A stretch of DNA of 59,421 nucleotides, the filler included, from Sphacelaria rigidula (taxonomy: Eukaryota): assembly GCA_964200075.2 (NCBI GenBank). It is 9 parts of 9 records of this genome, joined end to end, with 100 filler letters (N's around TTAATTAATTAA, not from the genome) between each part and the next. Parts side by side here need not be neighbours in the genome. Positions count along the whole stretch, not along the records: positions 33,070 to 39,582 come from CAXNAA020019619.1; positions 39,683 to 46,195 come from CAXNAA020019620.1; positions 46,296 to 52,808 come from CAXNAA020019621.1; 6 more parts are not named here. One strand, 5' to 3'. Below are positions 39,530-52,028 of this stretch, one piece after another (position 1 is the stretch's first letter; each line of letters begins with the position of its first letter). A program made the translations under genes and the position numbers. The notes under the pieces were generated by a model. It was not told where the DNA came from. It was given only the letters and a program-made list of their open reading frames with translations, and ran no database searches.

Positions 39530-41127
39530 CAGCGGCTCCCCCCTGTCGCCCCCTCCTTCCCCCCCCCCCCCCCCCCCCCCCCNNNNNNNNNNNNNNNNNN
39601 NNNNNNNNNNNNNNNNNNNNNNNNNNTTAATTAATTAANNNNNNNNNNNNNNNNNNNNNNNNNNNNNNNNNNNNNNNNNNNNCACGTTTGTATATTAGCA
39701 TTTGCACATAAGGGAAGCACCACTTTGACGGGCTGCAGCATCGGGTGACGAGTTTGCCAAGCCACACCGTACATACAGCACAGTAGGGCTGAACCCAGCG
39801 AAATCCCGTCACGACATGTGGAAAGCACAGTGGGTTGTGCAGGCGGTGCATGGCGGGTGTAATCACAGGCGTCCGAACAGGCGATATACATGTACACGGG
39901 AGGGAGCCGACGGACACCGCCTACCGCAATCAGGCCAGATGAAAATCACACAGTCATTAAATACAGTAGGTTACAGTATTGACTCGCGGCTACACTCCGT
40001 GCAAGATGAATGTGGGCATGTCGTGAAAAGTCGGCCACGAGAGTAGACGGCACCGATAGCGGTAGCCGGCGTCATGAATCTCATGCAGCATGAAGTATCT
40101 CTATGCAACGGTCGGAAACGATCAACCCGTGGTATAGATGTGGTGGGGCAACTGTGCCTTTCGCTACGCCGTTGTGTAATAGTCAGCCCGAAGTATGATG
40201 TTGTCGGCACGTACTTGGCAGAGCGCAGTTCTGTGCATGCCCCGCGTTTTACAGAGATATTTTCAAAATACAAAACAGACATGACACGAAGCAGTAAGGT
40301 ATTACCCCTAGGGCGACGGCACTTGGCAGACTCTACACCACAGTGACGGTGCATAACTGCAGGGCACATGGCGTCTGCGTGGCATTTACGCATTTTTTTA
40401 AAGGGCGGGATGGTGCTGTCGGAACGTGCATGAGCGCGATATTGTGCATGACGGGAGTCTGCAGTCGAGATTACCTCAAACTGCTGTAAATACACCCAGT
40501 ACTGTGCAGTGTCGCAGCACCCCCGGCGGCACGGAAAGGTGACTGCCTGGGATTGCATACCACCAGTTCATACATTTAGCGAATGTGCCATCGGCGTTGC
40601 CCTTGTTGCTATGACACTGCAAAGAGTATAAACTGCAGCGGGCAGAGCGTGCAGGTCAGGCCCGAAGCATGCTTCACAGAGGCCTGCCGCGCACTGTGGC
40701 CGAGCAAGGACCTCATGAGTGTAGAAAAAAAGCCGACGGATCGCAGCAAGAAAATAGGAAACGTTCTCTTGTTCCACTTGTCACTTGTACGGGTCTGAAA
40801 AATACGCGTTGGGCCAAAATCGTTGCATCTAAGCTATGAACCATCAACCATATCTTGCTCAAAAATCGTCGATTGCACATGATCAATTTTCCATTGTGAG
40901 TTCCAAAAGGGTTAAGCCACCGGGGCGACCAACCGCTACTACTGGGTATTGCTCCTATTTTCGTCAATATTTTGAAGACAGAGAGACACGTACTACTGGC
41001 AAGACCCGAGGCTTTCACACAGCAAGGCCAAAGTTTTGATTTTGTTTCGTGAAGTCTGCATTCCTTCTGCGGTGCTTGCCTTCCCTTTTATTCGTGAAAA
41101 GGGTTCTTCAGAGGTCCCTTTCTCTCT

Positions 41128-41496
41128 ATGTGTGTGTTGTCATTCCATCTTTTCTGGACGCCAGTCTGCTCCTTTCGGTAAATGCAGGCGCATCAGCCGG
41201 GGCCACACAGAAGGAAGGCCAACACAAGAGCCTTTTTTCTTTCCCCCTAGTACTCCACCTTTCTTCTGCGGTGCTTGCCTTATTATTTATTGCTAGAGGG
41301 GTTCAGCAATCCCTTTCCCTCGTCGACCCTGAAGTCGAATTTTTTAACTCCTGTGTACCCCCGACAGAGTCGCTCTCCACTGTTGGGCAGTGTGTGAGAA
41401 AAATCCCAGACCATATGACTGCACCGAGATTCGAACCCACAACACAACCTTGAGAAGGTTCCGAGGTCACCAGCTGAGCTACGGAGGCAACCGGCT
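41128..41496 (-). mobile_element. tRNA-derived SINE (~370 bp), (CA)n tail
   Basis: Minus-strand head has A-box TAGCTCAGCTGG and B-box GGTTCGAATC. Body shared with 50089-50530; head also at 52755-52808 (+). Confidence 0.8.
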
Positions 41497-42928
41497 TGCA
41501 TACGGTGTGAGGAAAGTCCACACCCTGGACAACGTATGGCAATGTTGAGAAGTGCACGGCGTACAGACCACAGTGTCGACTATTGCGTCTATTGTAAATA
41601 CACAAGCAAAGGAAATCGCTCATGTTGGGACGGCGCGGTGCCGCTGAACCTCTGGCTTACGCTTGTGGGCTGCCAATATGCAAACAGTAAGCCACATGAG
41701 CGTTCCCGATACAGAGAGGTTCCTCCGCCATCGTCTTTATTTGAGAGTGCTTACAGTATCAACTTTCCTAATCCAGAGATGTTTATCCGTAGTTAGCTGT
41801 CTTGATTTGAAAGTATGTACACACACACTGACACACATGTGAGAGCCGTGAGTATCCCTCGCCAAGGCTATGCAGCTAGCTGTGTTCTTTCCTGTACTAC
41901 TGTCGAACCGTAACCCTCACCCTCACCCCAACAAAGGCAAACTGAGAACCTCCGGGCAAGGTGGGTGAAGGTCTTGCTAGTCTCTACACAGTGCTCTTTC
42001 TTTCTACAATCTGTGAGGTGGTACATGAGGGCTAGCCGTGTTTGTGCAACAAAATTTACTGAAGATGCAGTCGTAGACTGTCATATTTCCAACGGCGGAT
42101 ATTTTGGTTCGGAGGTCGTAAGTATTGAATACAGTACAGTGTACAGAGGAACATGAACATATCCATAAGAGAGTATAGAGCTCAACATTCCACCTTACTC
42201 GTACACAGCGCAGTTGGGTAAATAGATAAGGGCGGACAGCACACATCACACTACGTTCTAGCAGCGCACGTACGTCGAACCCCCCGTTATCGGCCGATGG
42301 GTGTCCGGTTTAGCTGTACAGTGCTTTGTTATGCCTACAAAAAAATCACTGAATTACTGTGCATCACTGTCCCTAAGCGCTGTGCACTGCGCTTCAAATC
42401 TGGGAAGGAAAGCGACCTCCTTTCTAGAGAACGTCCGGTGCTCAGCACACAATATACTTATCACTTTCAAACCCAGGGCGGGAACAACCACCAGGCAGTA
42501 AGCTGACAAAGCGTTCGACAGCAGCGCACTACGCTTTTCCCACCAGTCACCAGCGTACATAGCCGTGTGTTCTACTGCGTTCTAGAAGCCCACGTGCGTC
42601 GGACCCCCCGTTGTTGGGCGATGGGTGCCCACGTTAGGTGATAGTACAGTGTTTTGCGATGCTGACAAAAAAACACTTCATTGCTGTGCACGGGTGCAGT
42701 GTTCCATATCTGTAGTGTCCAGACTACCCGGTTTTCAAATTCTATGGGTATGGATAAAATTTGACCGTATGCACAGGACTCGCATCTCATCTATGCAAAC
42801 CACAACCACTTACCCTCACCGCTACTGCTACTGTAACAGGAGTGAAAATTTCAATTCCAAATTACGTGCCGCCACGACGCTTAGCAGTAAGAGCACACAA
42901 GAGAAACGCTAGTGAAGGAAGCAAGCAA

Positions 42929-45900
42929 CTACGGTAGAATGTTGAATAGATCCGACGTATCTACAGTCTCCTCCCTCGACTCCTCCCCATCTCCCGACCT
43001 AGTCGATAGCGACTCCACTTCCTGACGCGGATTGGAGAGGCGACGCGGAATTGCAACCCTTGACTGAGTATCAGACAGCACAGGAGTTTCGTCGGGTATG
43101 ACATCCCTACTCCCATTGAGAAAAAGCACCATCTGCACGTATGTACTGTCTATGCGACTGCGCGAGGCGGTAATGAGCCGCCCAGCCGTGCTAAAGTCTC
43201 TCTCCAATACAGCTGATGAAGCCGGCACGGAAAGCAAGACCCTCGCTGCCCGTGCCGTGTTGAGGAACTTTTGTGAGCCCTCCGACGCCCAGTAATTGTG
43301 CATCAGGGACACCGGCCTCGTTCTGAGCGTCTCCTTGTTGCCGGCCTTGACAAAAGCGTCGAACTCTTCCTTGCACAGTTGCCTCATCGTTAGGGGTACA
43401 TCGGGCTTTGCGTCCATTTCGTCGAAGATGCCAGCATCTAGGAGGTGCTGGGCTTCCTTTTCGGCCGCTTTTTCAGACATGGCGGCCACCATATTGTAGC
43501 CGCCGGTCTTCTTGCGCCTATTCGGCGGAGCAACACCCGACGAGCCAGCATCTCCGTTCCCTCCTTCCAGCGCGGCCCCCTCCGCCATAGTCGTCATCAG
43601 ATCCAGCACTTTGTCCTCCACCGCCTTCTTTACACTATCCGCCCGTCCCGGGCACAATCGTTGCAGAAAAGTCATGAGCACGAGGTAGGGGTGTATGCAC
43701 GCGGTCATCTCGAAGACGTAGTCAGGCCGTCTTGACGAGGCCATGGGGCCATACCTCGTGGTGAAAAATCGCTTGTCCAAGGCTTCTCCAAGCATCCGCC
43801 GCGTCGTGCCCGACACGGGCTGGAGCGCCACTGCCTCTCGACACATTGACCGTGTCGGGGGGGGAGACGCCGCGTTGCTGTTCCCCGCCGTGGCCCTTCT
43901 CGGAGCGTGGATCTGCAGGGGTTTGCGGGGGTCTAACGTGTTCGCCCTCAGCGCGACGAGACTGAGATAGCTCGCGAGACCCGTCGGCACATCCGTCTGT
44001 TGATACTCTTTTATGAGAATGGCAAAAAACTTCATGATTGAGCACAGCTCGTCGATGCTTGTCTGCAACGCGGTGAGTGGGAACGTTACCTGCTCGTGTT
44101 CGACGTAGTGCAACGCTGCCCAATTGCTCAACACGTCTTCCATCACGCCACACGCGGAGATCCAGCGTTGGGGCACGGCGTTGACGAGCTTCTTGGAATT
44201 TCCGTAAAGGAAGTCCTGCATGTTCTGGAACTTTACCTGGTTTGACGGGGGAATAATATTGGGGGGCAAAGTAGAGGAGGACAATGTGGGTTTTGACGAA
44301 CTACGACCACACTGACCGCCGAAAAATAAGGGTTGTTCAAAGCATGCGCGTGAAGCAACGCTGACTGCCCAGAATTTGTGCCACGGTGGGAGCCGAAGAA
44401 GCAAAGCACTCATACATTTTCCTGGTAAATAAAGCACGAATAAATATCAAGTCTCGTTCATGAGAGGCCAAAACAGAACATGTCAAACCAGACAACTCTT
44501 CATCTTCAGTCACGCTTTGCTCACACCTTCATGGTTGGAGACTTGTTCTGGTGCTACACTGTTTTCTTTGTGGCGTCGATGACTTCCCACGCCTCGGGAA
44601 TTTCGGATGCTGCTCTCGCCGCCGTTGTTTTGAATGCCTGCTTACGACGAGACGGGACCGAACAGTGTTTCTACGATAGCCCTTCCCCGAAGCCAGCGAG
44701 TTTGTTGTGCAAAAAAGAACAAAATCCAGGCCGCCGACACGTCTCAGCCGAAATCGAAGATACTGGAATGCGTGAGAGGACCGCGTGCTTAAAGGACTGC
44801 ATCGGAATTTGAACATCCTTATGGTTAGGGTTAGGGTTAGGGCTAGTGTTGTGGTTGGGGTCAGGGGCGTGGTACCTGCAGGGACTAGCCCGATTGGTTT
44901 TGGAAAACGTCTATCGTGGGGAATTTCGAGCCTCGGCGCGGTCCTCTAAGCACGCGGTCCTCTCACGCATTACAGATACTCCAGGACTACGCCAATATTC
45001 AAGAAGCTAATTCATATCGTGCTGTCGCGTCACGAAGAACGTGACGGAATCGGTCCACCCATGTCCTTTGTGCAACTTCCTTCCCGACTGGAATCCAGAA
45101 AGTATTTTCATAGTATGCACGAGTATATGTATCATGACTACTGCCAGTACGCAGCTTCCCAACAGACTACACGATATCTCGGGAGAAACCGAGTATTGTG
45201 TGGCAACGTCATATTCAGCCCAATCCCTAACTCCGGTACACCTTCAGGTCGAAAGTAGTCAGCATCAGCCCGCAACAATCAAACAATCAACCGTCGAAAG
45301 ATAATGCACAGACACAAGTACATATCGGCAGTCTCACCTCCACAAACGTACAGTTGAGCATAATATATATGTGGTATGCACCATTCCCACGATGCCGTCA
45401 TAACCTTGACGCATAGGCGCCTTACGTCCGACCCACCGTCCGTGACTGTGCTGAACAGGTCGCTGTCTCCCAGATCATACTCAGACAAAACCCCCCGAAC
45501 CCAGAGAAGGAGCACGTCTGACAGACGCGACTCGTCACTCAACTCGGGGGCGGGCCTGAACAGGTTGACGGCCAGAAGCGCTGTGTGCAGTTTGAATGCC
45601 TGCGGCATCCAGAAAACTCGCACACCTGTGACGATGAGGGTGCCGGCAGGGGCAGGGGCAGCGAGTATGTGATGAGGGGTATCTTTCTTTTTGCATGGTA
45701 TCTGGCAGACAAAACTTCAGCATGTCAGTGACACCTCGACAGGCCACGGGAGTGTTAATGTTAATGTAATCAAACCCAAAAGTTACAAGATGAAAAATCA
45801 TAGCAATCAGGATGAAGATGTTACACACAGATATAGCATCACGACAGAAAAGAGTGACCAAGAAACCAAGCACCAAAGCAAGGGGTGCGACAAAAAGACA

Positions 45901-46195
45901 GGGTGTCATTTGGAAGAACCGATGCGCGTTTTCACTCATCATCGACGCACTTCCTTCAACCTACTCATGAACACGAGAACTCACCGAGGTACTTTTCGTT
46001 CGAAGTCCGGCTCGTCCCCAAGTCAAAGTTGGCATGTACTATCGGCCCTCCGGCGCCGTTGGTTGCCGTTGCGAGGGACTGCCGAAGTTTGGAGACAGTC
46101 GCCGCGTAGATTTCCGTCACGAGTGATTTCACTTGCTTCGGGTTCAGAGCCGTGGGGAACTCGGCGACGCAGGCCAACTCGAAGAACTGTCGCAT
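42929..46195 (-). pseudogene. Intron-containing hAT transposase (at least 4 exons, 5' end off contig), inactivated
   Basis: Exons: ~46195-45986 (HANFDLGTS...KYLG|GTGAGT); ~45625-45338 (VTDGGSD...WCIPH/MLNC|GTGAG); 44637-44527 (in-frame TAG); 44236-42929 (QRW...SVPASSAVLERDFSTAG...RSRI...LFLN). D, D, CxxH, RW and E motifs are in hAT order. Confidence 0.88.
44763..44975. mobile_element. MITE containing (TTAGGG)n, nested in a hAT intron
   Basis: ATA|CTGGAATGCGTGAGAGGACCGCGTGCTTA...TAAGCACGCGGTCCTCTCACGCATTACAG|ATA, with GGTTAGGGTTAGGGTTAGGG at 44823-44842. Confidence 0.8.
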
Positions 46196-46295
46196 NNNNN
46201 NNNNNNNNNNNNNNNNNNNNNNNNNNNNNNNNNNNNNNNTTAATTAATTAANNNNNNNNNNNNNNNNNNNNNNNNNNNNNNNNNNNNNNNNNNNN

Positions 46296-46372
46296 ATCGG
46301 GGGGATCACGATCTCGGAACGGTTTTCGCCCGATTTTGGCGAAAACCGTTCCGAGATCGTGACTCCCCCGAT
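46296..46372. repeat. Near-perfect 77-bp hairpin, probably the centre of a palindromic MITE truncated by the contig edge
   Basis: TCACGATCTCGGAACGGTTTTCGCC and GGCGAAAACCGTTCCGAGATCGTGA around a short loop. Confidence 0.75.
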
Positions 46373-49300
46373 TTTTTTGGCCCCGACTTGGTCTAAATCC
46401 GTGTCCATAACATGCGTTCCCCGAAATTTTGTCCCCCCGATTTTGAAAAAATCAAGATTCGTGCTTGCCATAAAAGTGGGTCTAATTGCCGGTCTTTCAC
46501 CCTGAACCAGGCTGTACACAGAGAGTACGGTCACCCGAAGGGGGTGTTATATACCGTCACCGGGGGAGGTGTTATGTACCGTCATCTCCGCCTCGAGCAT
46601 CCCAAGGTTGTGCGCATGTGCATGAACATGGCTCTCGGGGACCCATTTGACATGCTGTAAAGACAGAGCTGACGCTCTGGACGTAGAAACACCAGCACAT
46701 CAATGGCAGCGTGCAGAAGCAGCCAATATTTCTCGCCACGCTTTTTCCCCTCTGCTTGCAGAGGCTGCAGAATCAGTGTGCTACGTATGTCAGGCATTCA
46801 ACAATGCAACAGCATGGTTACGCTGTCGCTACAGTCAGTTCCGTGGGCATTTTGGCTCGACACACCACTTATGCGCACGGTCAGAATAGAATGTAGATGT
46901 GCAATGTTTCCTACTGCCACCCTCGCAATGCATCCTACCTGGTATCCTCAGTCTCCGTCTGCTCCTTCTCTGTCTCCCTTCCCGTGCGTCGTGTTGAAAT
47001 ATTAAAATAGGGGTACCCTCCGCAGCGAAAGAGGGGGGGGGGGGGTGGAGGGGTGATATCCAACGATCCAAAAAAGTCAAGCGCATAATTGACCACCCCA
47101 CTCTATCATGGTATACACCAGTATCTACCGGTAGCATCACGCAGTGCAACGCAGCCAGTGCGTGAAAAAGCAGTGGAGTACTCGTATACTATCATATGGT
47201 GCGAGCAGTACAGCACGACCGTACTATCTGAAGTCTACGGCGCAGCAGACACGGAGGGTCATCGGAATATAAATTGTAATGAGGCGTTACCATACGATCT
47301 CCATGTAACCGTCTTTTCACATAATCAGTGATAAATAGACCAGAGAGATTCACGAAGGGAAACTAAACGTCAAGCGTGAAAGAGTCAAGGCGCTTGTAGC
47401 ACCAGCATCAGGGACACAAGCAACGCGGACATAGTAGCTACTTCATCTATCCCGCTAACCAGGGACATAGAGAGAGAGCGAGGCAGGACGTAACGACGAG
47501 AGGGAGAGAGGGAGAGTGAGAGAGAAAAAGAGAGAGGCGTAGACAAGGGGACTGGCAGCGGAACAGGGCAAACTCAAACAACAGGTACGGGAGAAATTCT
47601 GGTCTTGGACCATCTGTATGATGCTGCATGTTTTGTTCCGTCTCTACCGTGGGCATTTTTGGGCATAGGGCCAAGGGTATCATCGCAGCATGGTGATGTC
47701 GTTGTGTGTGAAGTTTTAGCGACCAATGAGTTCCTTGTTTGCTTTGCAGCAATGGAGTAATTTCTAGGCAGAGCTTCCATCCGTGGACCGCTCAGGTCGA
47801 GGCACCAATATGCCGGGCCAGGGAGGAGGTAAAAGATAGACCAGACGTGAAAAAGGCCGCGCTGTGGATGATTTCCTGTCCATTTCTGATGTGTACAGGT
47901 TCTTTTCCATAGTTAACTTGGTATTCCAAACACTCGTACAGCAGTAGTACTGTGAGGAACAAGCCTAAATTCAGGCGCTCTGCACACTGCCGACATCTGT
48001 GATGAATGATTACTCTGCACCTCCTGGCAAACTGTCACCTACACCAAGTTGCGCTACAGAATGATGGTCACAGACAAGACTGGATGCAATAGACCTGATC
48101 ATTTCGTAGTAATCCCGCGTTAGCTGCGTTGTAGTTAGTAAGGCATTTTGTTGGGTATCTATGTGTATGTTGTCTATTCTACTGCATTGTCTATTCTCGA
48201 TCTGTCTCTTGTGGTGGTCGGTAGTATGGACAACATGTCTCAGGGCTTCGTCTCCTTTTTGTGTCTTCTGTGCGGCCCGCCAAGCTGCCGTACCAGAAGA
48301 AACTGGGGCTGACACGAGCCGATTGTGCCACAGTACAATAGGCCTGTAGGTGCCAAGCGATATACCCGTGTCCCTCAAAACGCAGACGGAAGTTCCACAC
48401 TTCCACGTCCGCATGTTCATACACTCATACAGAAGTGGATATCCGCTTTTCGGGTGGTCATCGCGTGTTTAAACGAGAGCAATATTGGATATCAGTACAC
48501 CCAGAAGCTACAGCCTTGCAGCACCATCTATCCACACATGGCACTCAACCCTGCTGAGTGGGTTGACATAATTGAAAACTTTGTTTATTCTATGACATCT
48601 CGAGTACAACAGGGACGAAACAGGAAAAACATCAAAAACTTCAAAAGACATGTCGACAAACAAATCTCAATCGCGAACAGTTGTTTCGTTTTTGACTCCC
48701 ACGTTTCGTTGTTCATGCGCATGCATCTTCCATCTCCCTTCCACATCCCACTTATTTGTTCATCTCGAGAACAAAACCCTCAACTTTTGCATATGTGTAG
48801 ACAGACAGTACGAGAACAACCAATAACAACACTCGGTAGTAGTACCCCGTAAAACCTCAAAGCCTGTCTCATCCGAGTTCATCTATTGTATCTGTGTTAC
48901 CCAGCACTGATGACTCTCACACCATATTTGATTTTGCCGTGTCTACTACTCGCGGCCTTTGGGCAATCGTACAGCAAGAATACCCTTCGATATGGAGCCT
49001 TTTTAGTTTCCACATTCAAACAATCCTTGTATCCACCGATTCCAAAACGAGACCGTCCTCCTTTGGGCCCCATCTCTGCGCAGATGAAGCAGCGCATGGG
49101 CCTTCCTCCGCTCCCTCTCCGACCTTTCGGGAACGATCCCATCGAAAGGCAATTGTTCGGTGTGTTTTACACTGACTGTTGCCGTCATTTCTCACATTAG
49201 CCCTTGCCCGGAAACCCAGACTGTACGTACACACGTGCGGCATGACATTTTTACACGGCGTTAGTGTATCTACCCGTATGAATTCATACCATCTATATAT

Positions 49301-49428
49301 CCGTATATGCCTCCGTGGGCGCTGTTTAGGCGTGGTTGTAGTTGCCGTCACATTACATTGCGAAAGTGGTAGTTCTGCTTTTGCGTTGATCTGCTGGCGC
49401 TTACGGGGGCTGTTGTGCCATGTAACGA

Positions 49429-49600
49429 CCCTCCTGACCGCCGGGGTGGGTCACGCGGGTCATGTGAAATACATTTTTCAAGTGAAAGTGATGCCGATTC
49501 AGGAGATGCCCACCCGTCCGGCCATGCTGGTCTTGTTGCACGCATTTTTCAAATGAAGATGATATCGATTCAACCTATGATCGCCCCTGGCGGGCTGACC
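49429..49600. mobile_element. Two degenerate tandem piggyBac-like micro-MITEs
   Basis: Family core CATTTTTCAARTGAA...GATRYCGATTCA occurs twice in tandem. Confidence 0.55.
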
Positions 49601-50088
49601 ATTTTTCATTTTTGGCCCCGCGTCAACGGACATATAGCTCGGGGTCATACAACAGACGGTGTAGCTAAAAACAATGCGATACTGTTGTATGTATTTGTTT
49701 CCGGGTTTGCTGCTAGGCTTCTTCTGCTGTTCCGACCAGCCCTCCAGTAAGACGCACTGCGTTGAGCTTGAACTTGAACCTCATATCTTGACCTCCCCAT
49801 TTTGATTGATGGTTTGATTGATTGGCTGTCGCACACATCAACTGATCTCCGAAGGACCCAGCCATGGCCACAAGGTACGTAACCGGTGTATTTTTGCCGG
49901 CACGGGCGGGATAATCCATCCTGCCCACAGAGTAGAACCAGTTCCATTCAGTGGATGTACTTGTGCAGACCCGCCGGTCCAACATCATTTTTGGAAACGA
50001 CATACACACGACATAGCGGACAGACAGTGCGCAGGTCTAGGCTCCCAGGTGGCCGGTCCAGCCACTTTGGTGTGCATAAATTGATTTT

Positions 50089-50530
50089 TGTGTGTTGTCG
50101 TCCCATCTCCTCTGGACGCCGGTCTACACCTTTTCGTTCATGCGGGCGCACCAGCCTGGGGGTCACACAGGAGGAATGCCGACACAGGAGTTTCATCTCT
50201 CTTGTTTGTTTTGATTGTCCACCTCCCTTCTGCGGTACCTGCCTTTATTTTTCGTGGCAAAAGGGGTTCAGCACTCCCCATCTCTTTCCCTCGTCGACCG
50301 TTAACCCTTTCACCGCGAGGGTAGGTCACCTGCTGAATCGGCATCAATACTCACTTGAAAAAAGTCCAGGTGATCCAGATGACTACCCGCACCCCGGTGC
50401 AAGGGTTGAGTCGACTTCCGTGTACCCACGACATAGCCGCTCCCCACTGTTGGGCATGCTGGGAGAAAAAATCCCAGATCGCTCCGAGATTTGAACTCAC
50501 GATCCACGAAGGTTTCGAGGTTGCTGAGAC
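50089..50530 (-). mobile_element. tRNA-derived SINE with a TTAA MITE insertion (50301-50409); head disrupted and continuing at 51218-51251
   Basis: Colinear with 41128-41496. TTAA|CCCTTT...AAGGG|TTGA sits where the other copy has CCTGAAGTCG. Confidence 0.75.
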
Positions 50531-50748
50531 CGAATTTAATGGGAGCCGTTCGAAATTCCCGTCGAAAAGTGCCTTCTTGGCCCCTCTCCGTCATTTGCTG
50601 TACTTGGGGTTAGGGTTGGAGTAACATGCAATACGACCGCCTGTATTGGGAACAATGCTGAGCGTTTGTGTACAAGCATATGTTGGGAATATATATCACA
50701 CAATCGATTAGCCGGTCCCCGCGGTGGCTCAGTTAGGCCAACTCTAAT

Positions 50749-51213
50749 GGGAGCCGTTCAAAATTCCAGTCGAAAACTGGATTTTTGACCGCTCTCCATC
50801 CACTCACTCTCGAAACGAGGGCTAGGCGGATATTGACGCCTTGGAATTACTTGTTCTACTCATTGAGGCCGTTCCAGGGCAACTCTGCATTCCCCGCTGG
50901 CCGCACTGTCATTTTTGGACAAACACGGAGTTTCGACAAGAAACGGTCAAGCGATAAAAAAACAGGGAGGGATTTTGATCGCCTGACCCTTTTTTTACTA
51001 AAAACTTACTAAATACTAAAAATTCGTATTTGGCCTGGTTTGATCAAAAACAAAAGTGCGGCCAGCGGGGAATGCAGAGTTGCTCTAGAACGGTCTCAAC
51101 GAGTAGAGGAAGTCATTCCAAGGCGTCAATATCCGCCTAGCCCTCGTTTCGAGAGTGAGTGGACGGAGAGCGGTCAAAAATCCAGTTTTCGACTGGAATT
51201 TTGAACGGCTCCC
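50749..51213. mobile_element. MITE with long TIRs beginning GGGAGCCGTTC (PIF/Harbinger-superfamily-like)
   Basis: ~160-bp TIRs flanked by AAT/ATT. A truncated third end of the same family lies at 50541-50590. Confidence 0.75.
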
Positions 51214-51301
51214 ATTAGAGTTGGCCTAACTGAGCCACCGCGTGGACCGGCTAATCGATTGTGTGATATATATTCCCAACATATGCTTGTACACAAACGC
51301 T

Positions 51302-52028
51302 CAGCATTGTTCCCAATACAGGCGGTCGTATTGCCCATTGCGGTACACACGCACACGCACTGTGTCCGCCGTTGCTGCCTTCGTTGATCTTTGCATCTTG
51401 CGATGACCGGGGGGGGGGGGGGATGAAGGGGTGGGAGGGTGCACGGCACACATATGCACAGCAGCACCACAGCTCTGATACGCATATGAACAGAGAAACC
51501 CCCTTCAGCTAGCGGCAGAAGCAGCGGTAGTAATGTAGCATTGAGACCATCAGTGGTGGTACACAGACAACAGTACTGCGCGGTACGGTGGTGTATTCCA
51601 TTTTTGACCTTCGCGACTGTTGACTTGTTGAGCCGTGAACGTAACCTAAGTTCTACCGTCAACAAAGATGGTGTGCTGGTGTCGCCATGGAATGGGTGGT
51701 CAAGACTGCTTGCTGTTCTTGTCCCCCGCTGTCGTGTTTCGCTAACCACCCTAGTGCCCCCACACGCACCTCCGAATGGGCTTGAAATCAAGACACCTGT
51801 ACGAATGTCATGTAATCCCGAAAAAAAAAAGTCATCTCAACATCTCTACTCATTATATCCCAGAGCGTTCTGTGTCTGTTTCCACCGGCAAATTGATCAC
51901 TGCCCCCCTTCCCCCCCCCCCCCCCGGAACCCGCAGAATGTGCAGCTGAAGGGCAGTCAATGTCGAACACACTCCGTGTGCCTTGTACCATACCTCCAAT
52001 ACCTCAGTCTGTATTGGGAACAATGCTG
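51302..52028. mobile_element. 727-bp non-autonomous element with perfect 20-bp TIRs
   Basis: CAGCATTGTTCCCAATACAG at 51302 and CTGTATTGGGAACAATGCTG at 52009, with recurrent GCGGT(A) inside. No clear TSD. Confidence 0.5.

Noticed and set aside
41420..41496. Functional tRNA gene
   Set aside because: A/B boxes are present, but I cannot form a convincing cloverleaf, and it is fused to a repeated SINE body.
44237..44437. N-terminal ~67 aa of the 502-aa ORF as real protein
   Set aside because: It lies in the intron upstream of the CAG acceptor at 44237-44239. hAT homology continues in upstream exons.
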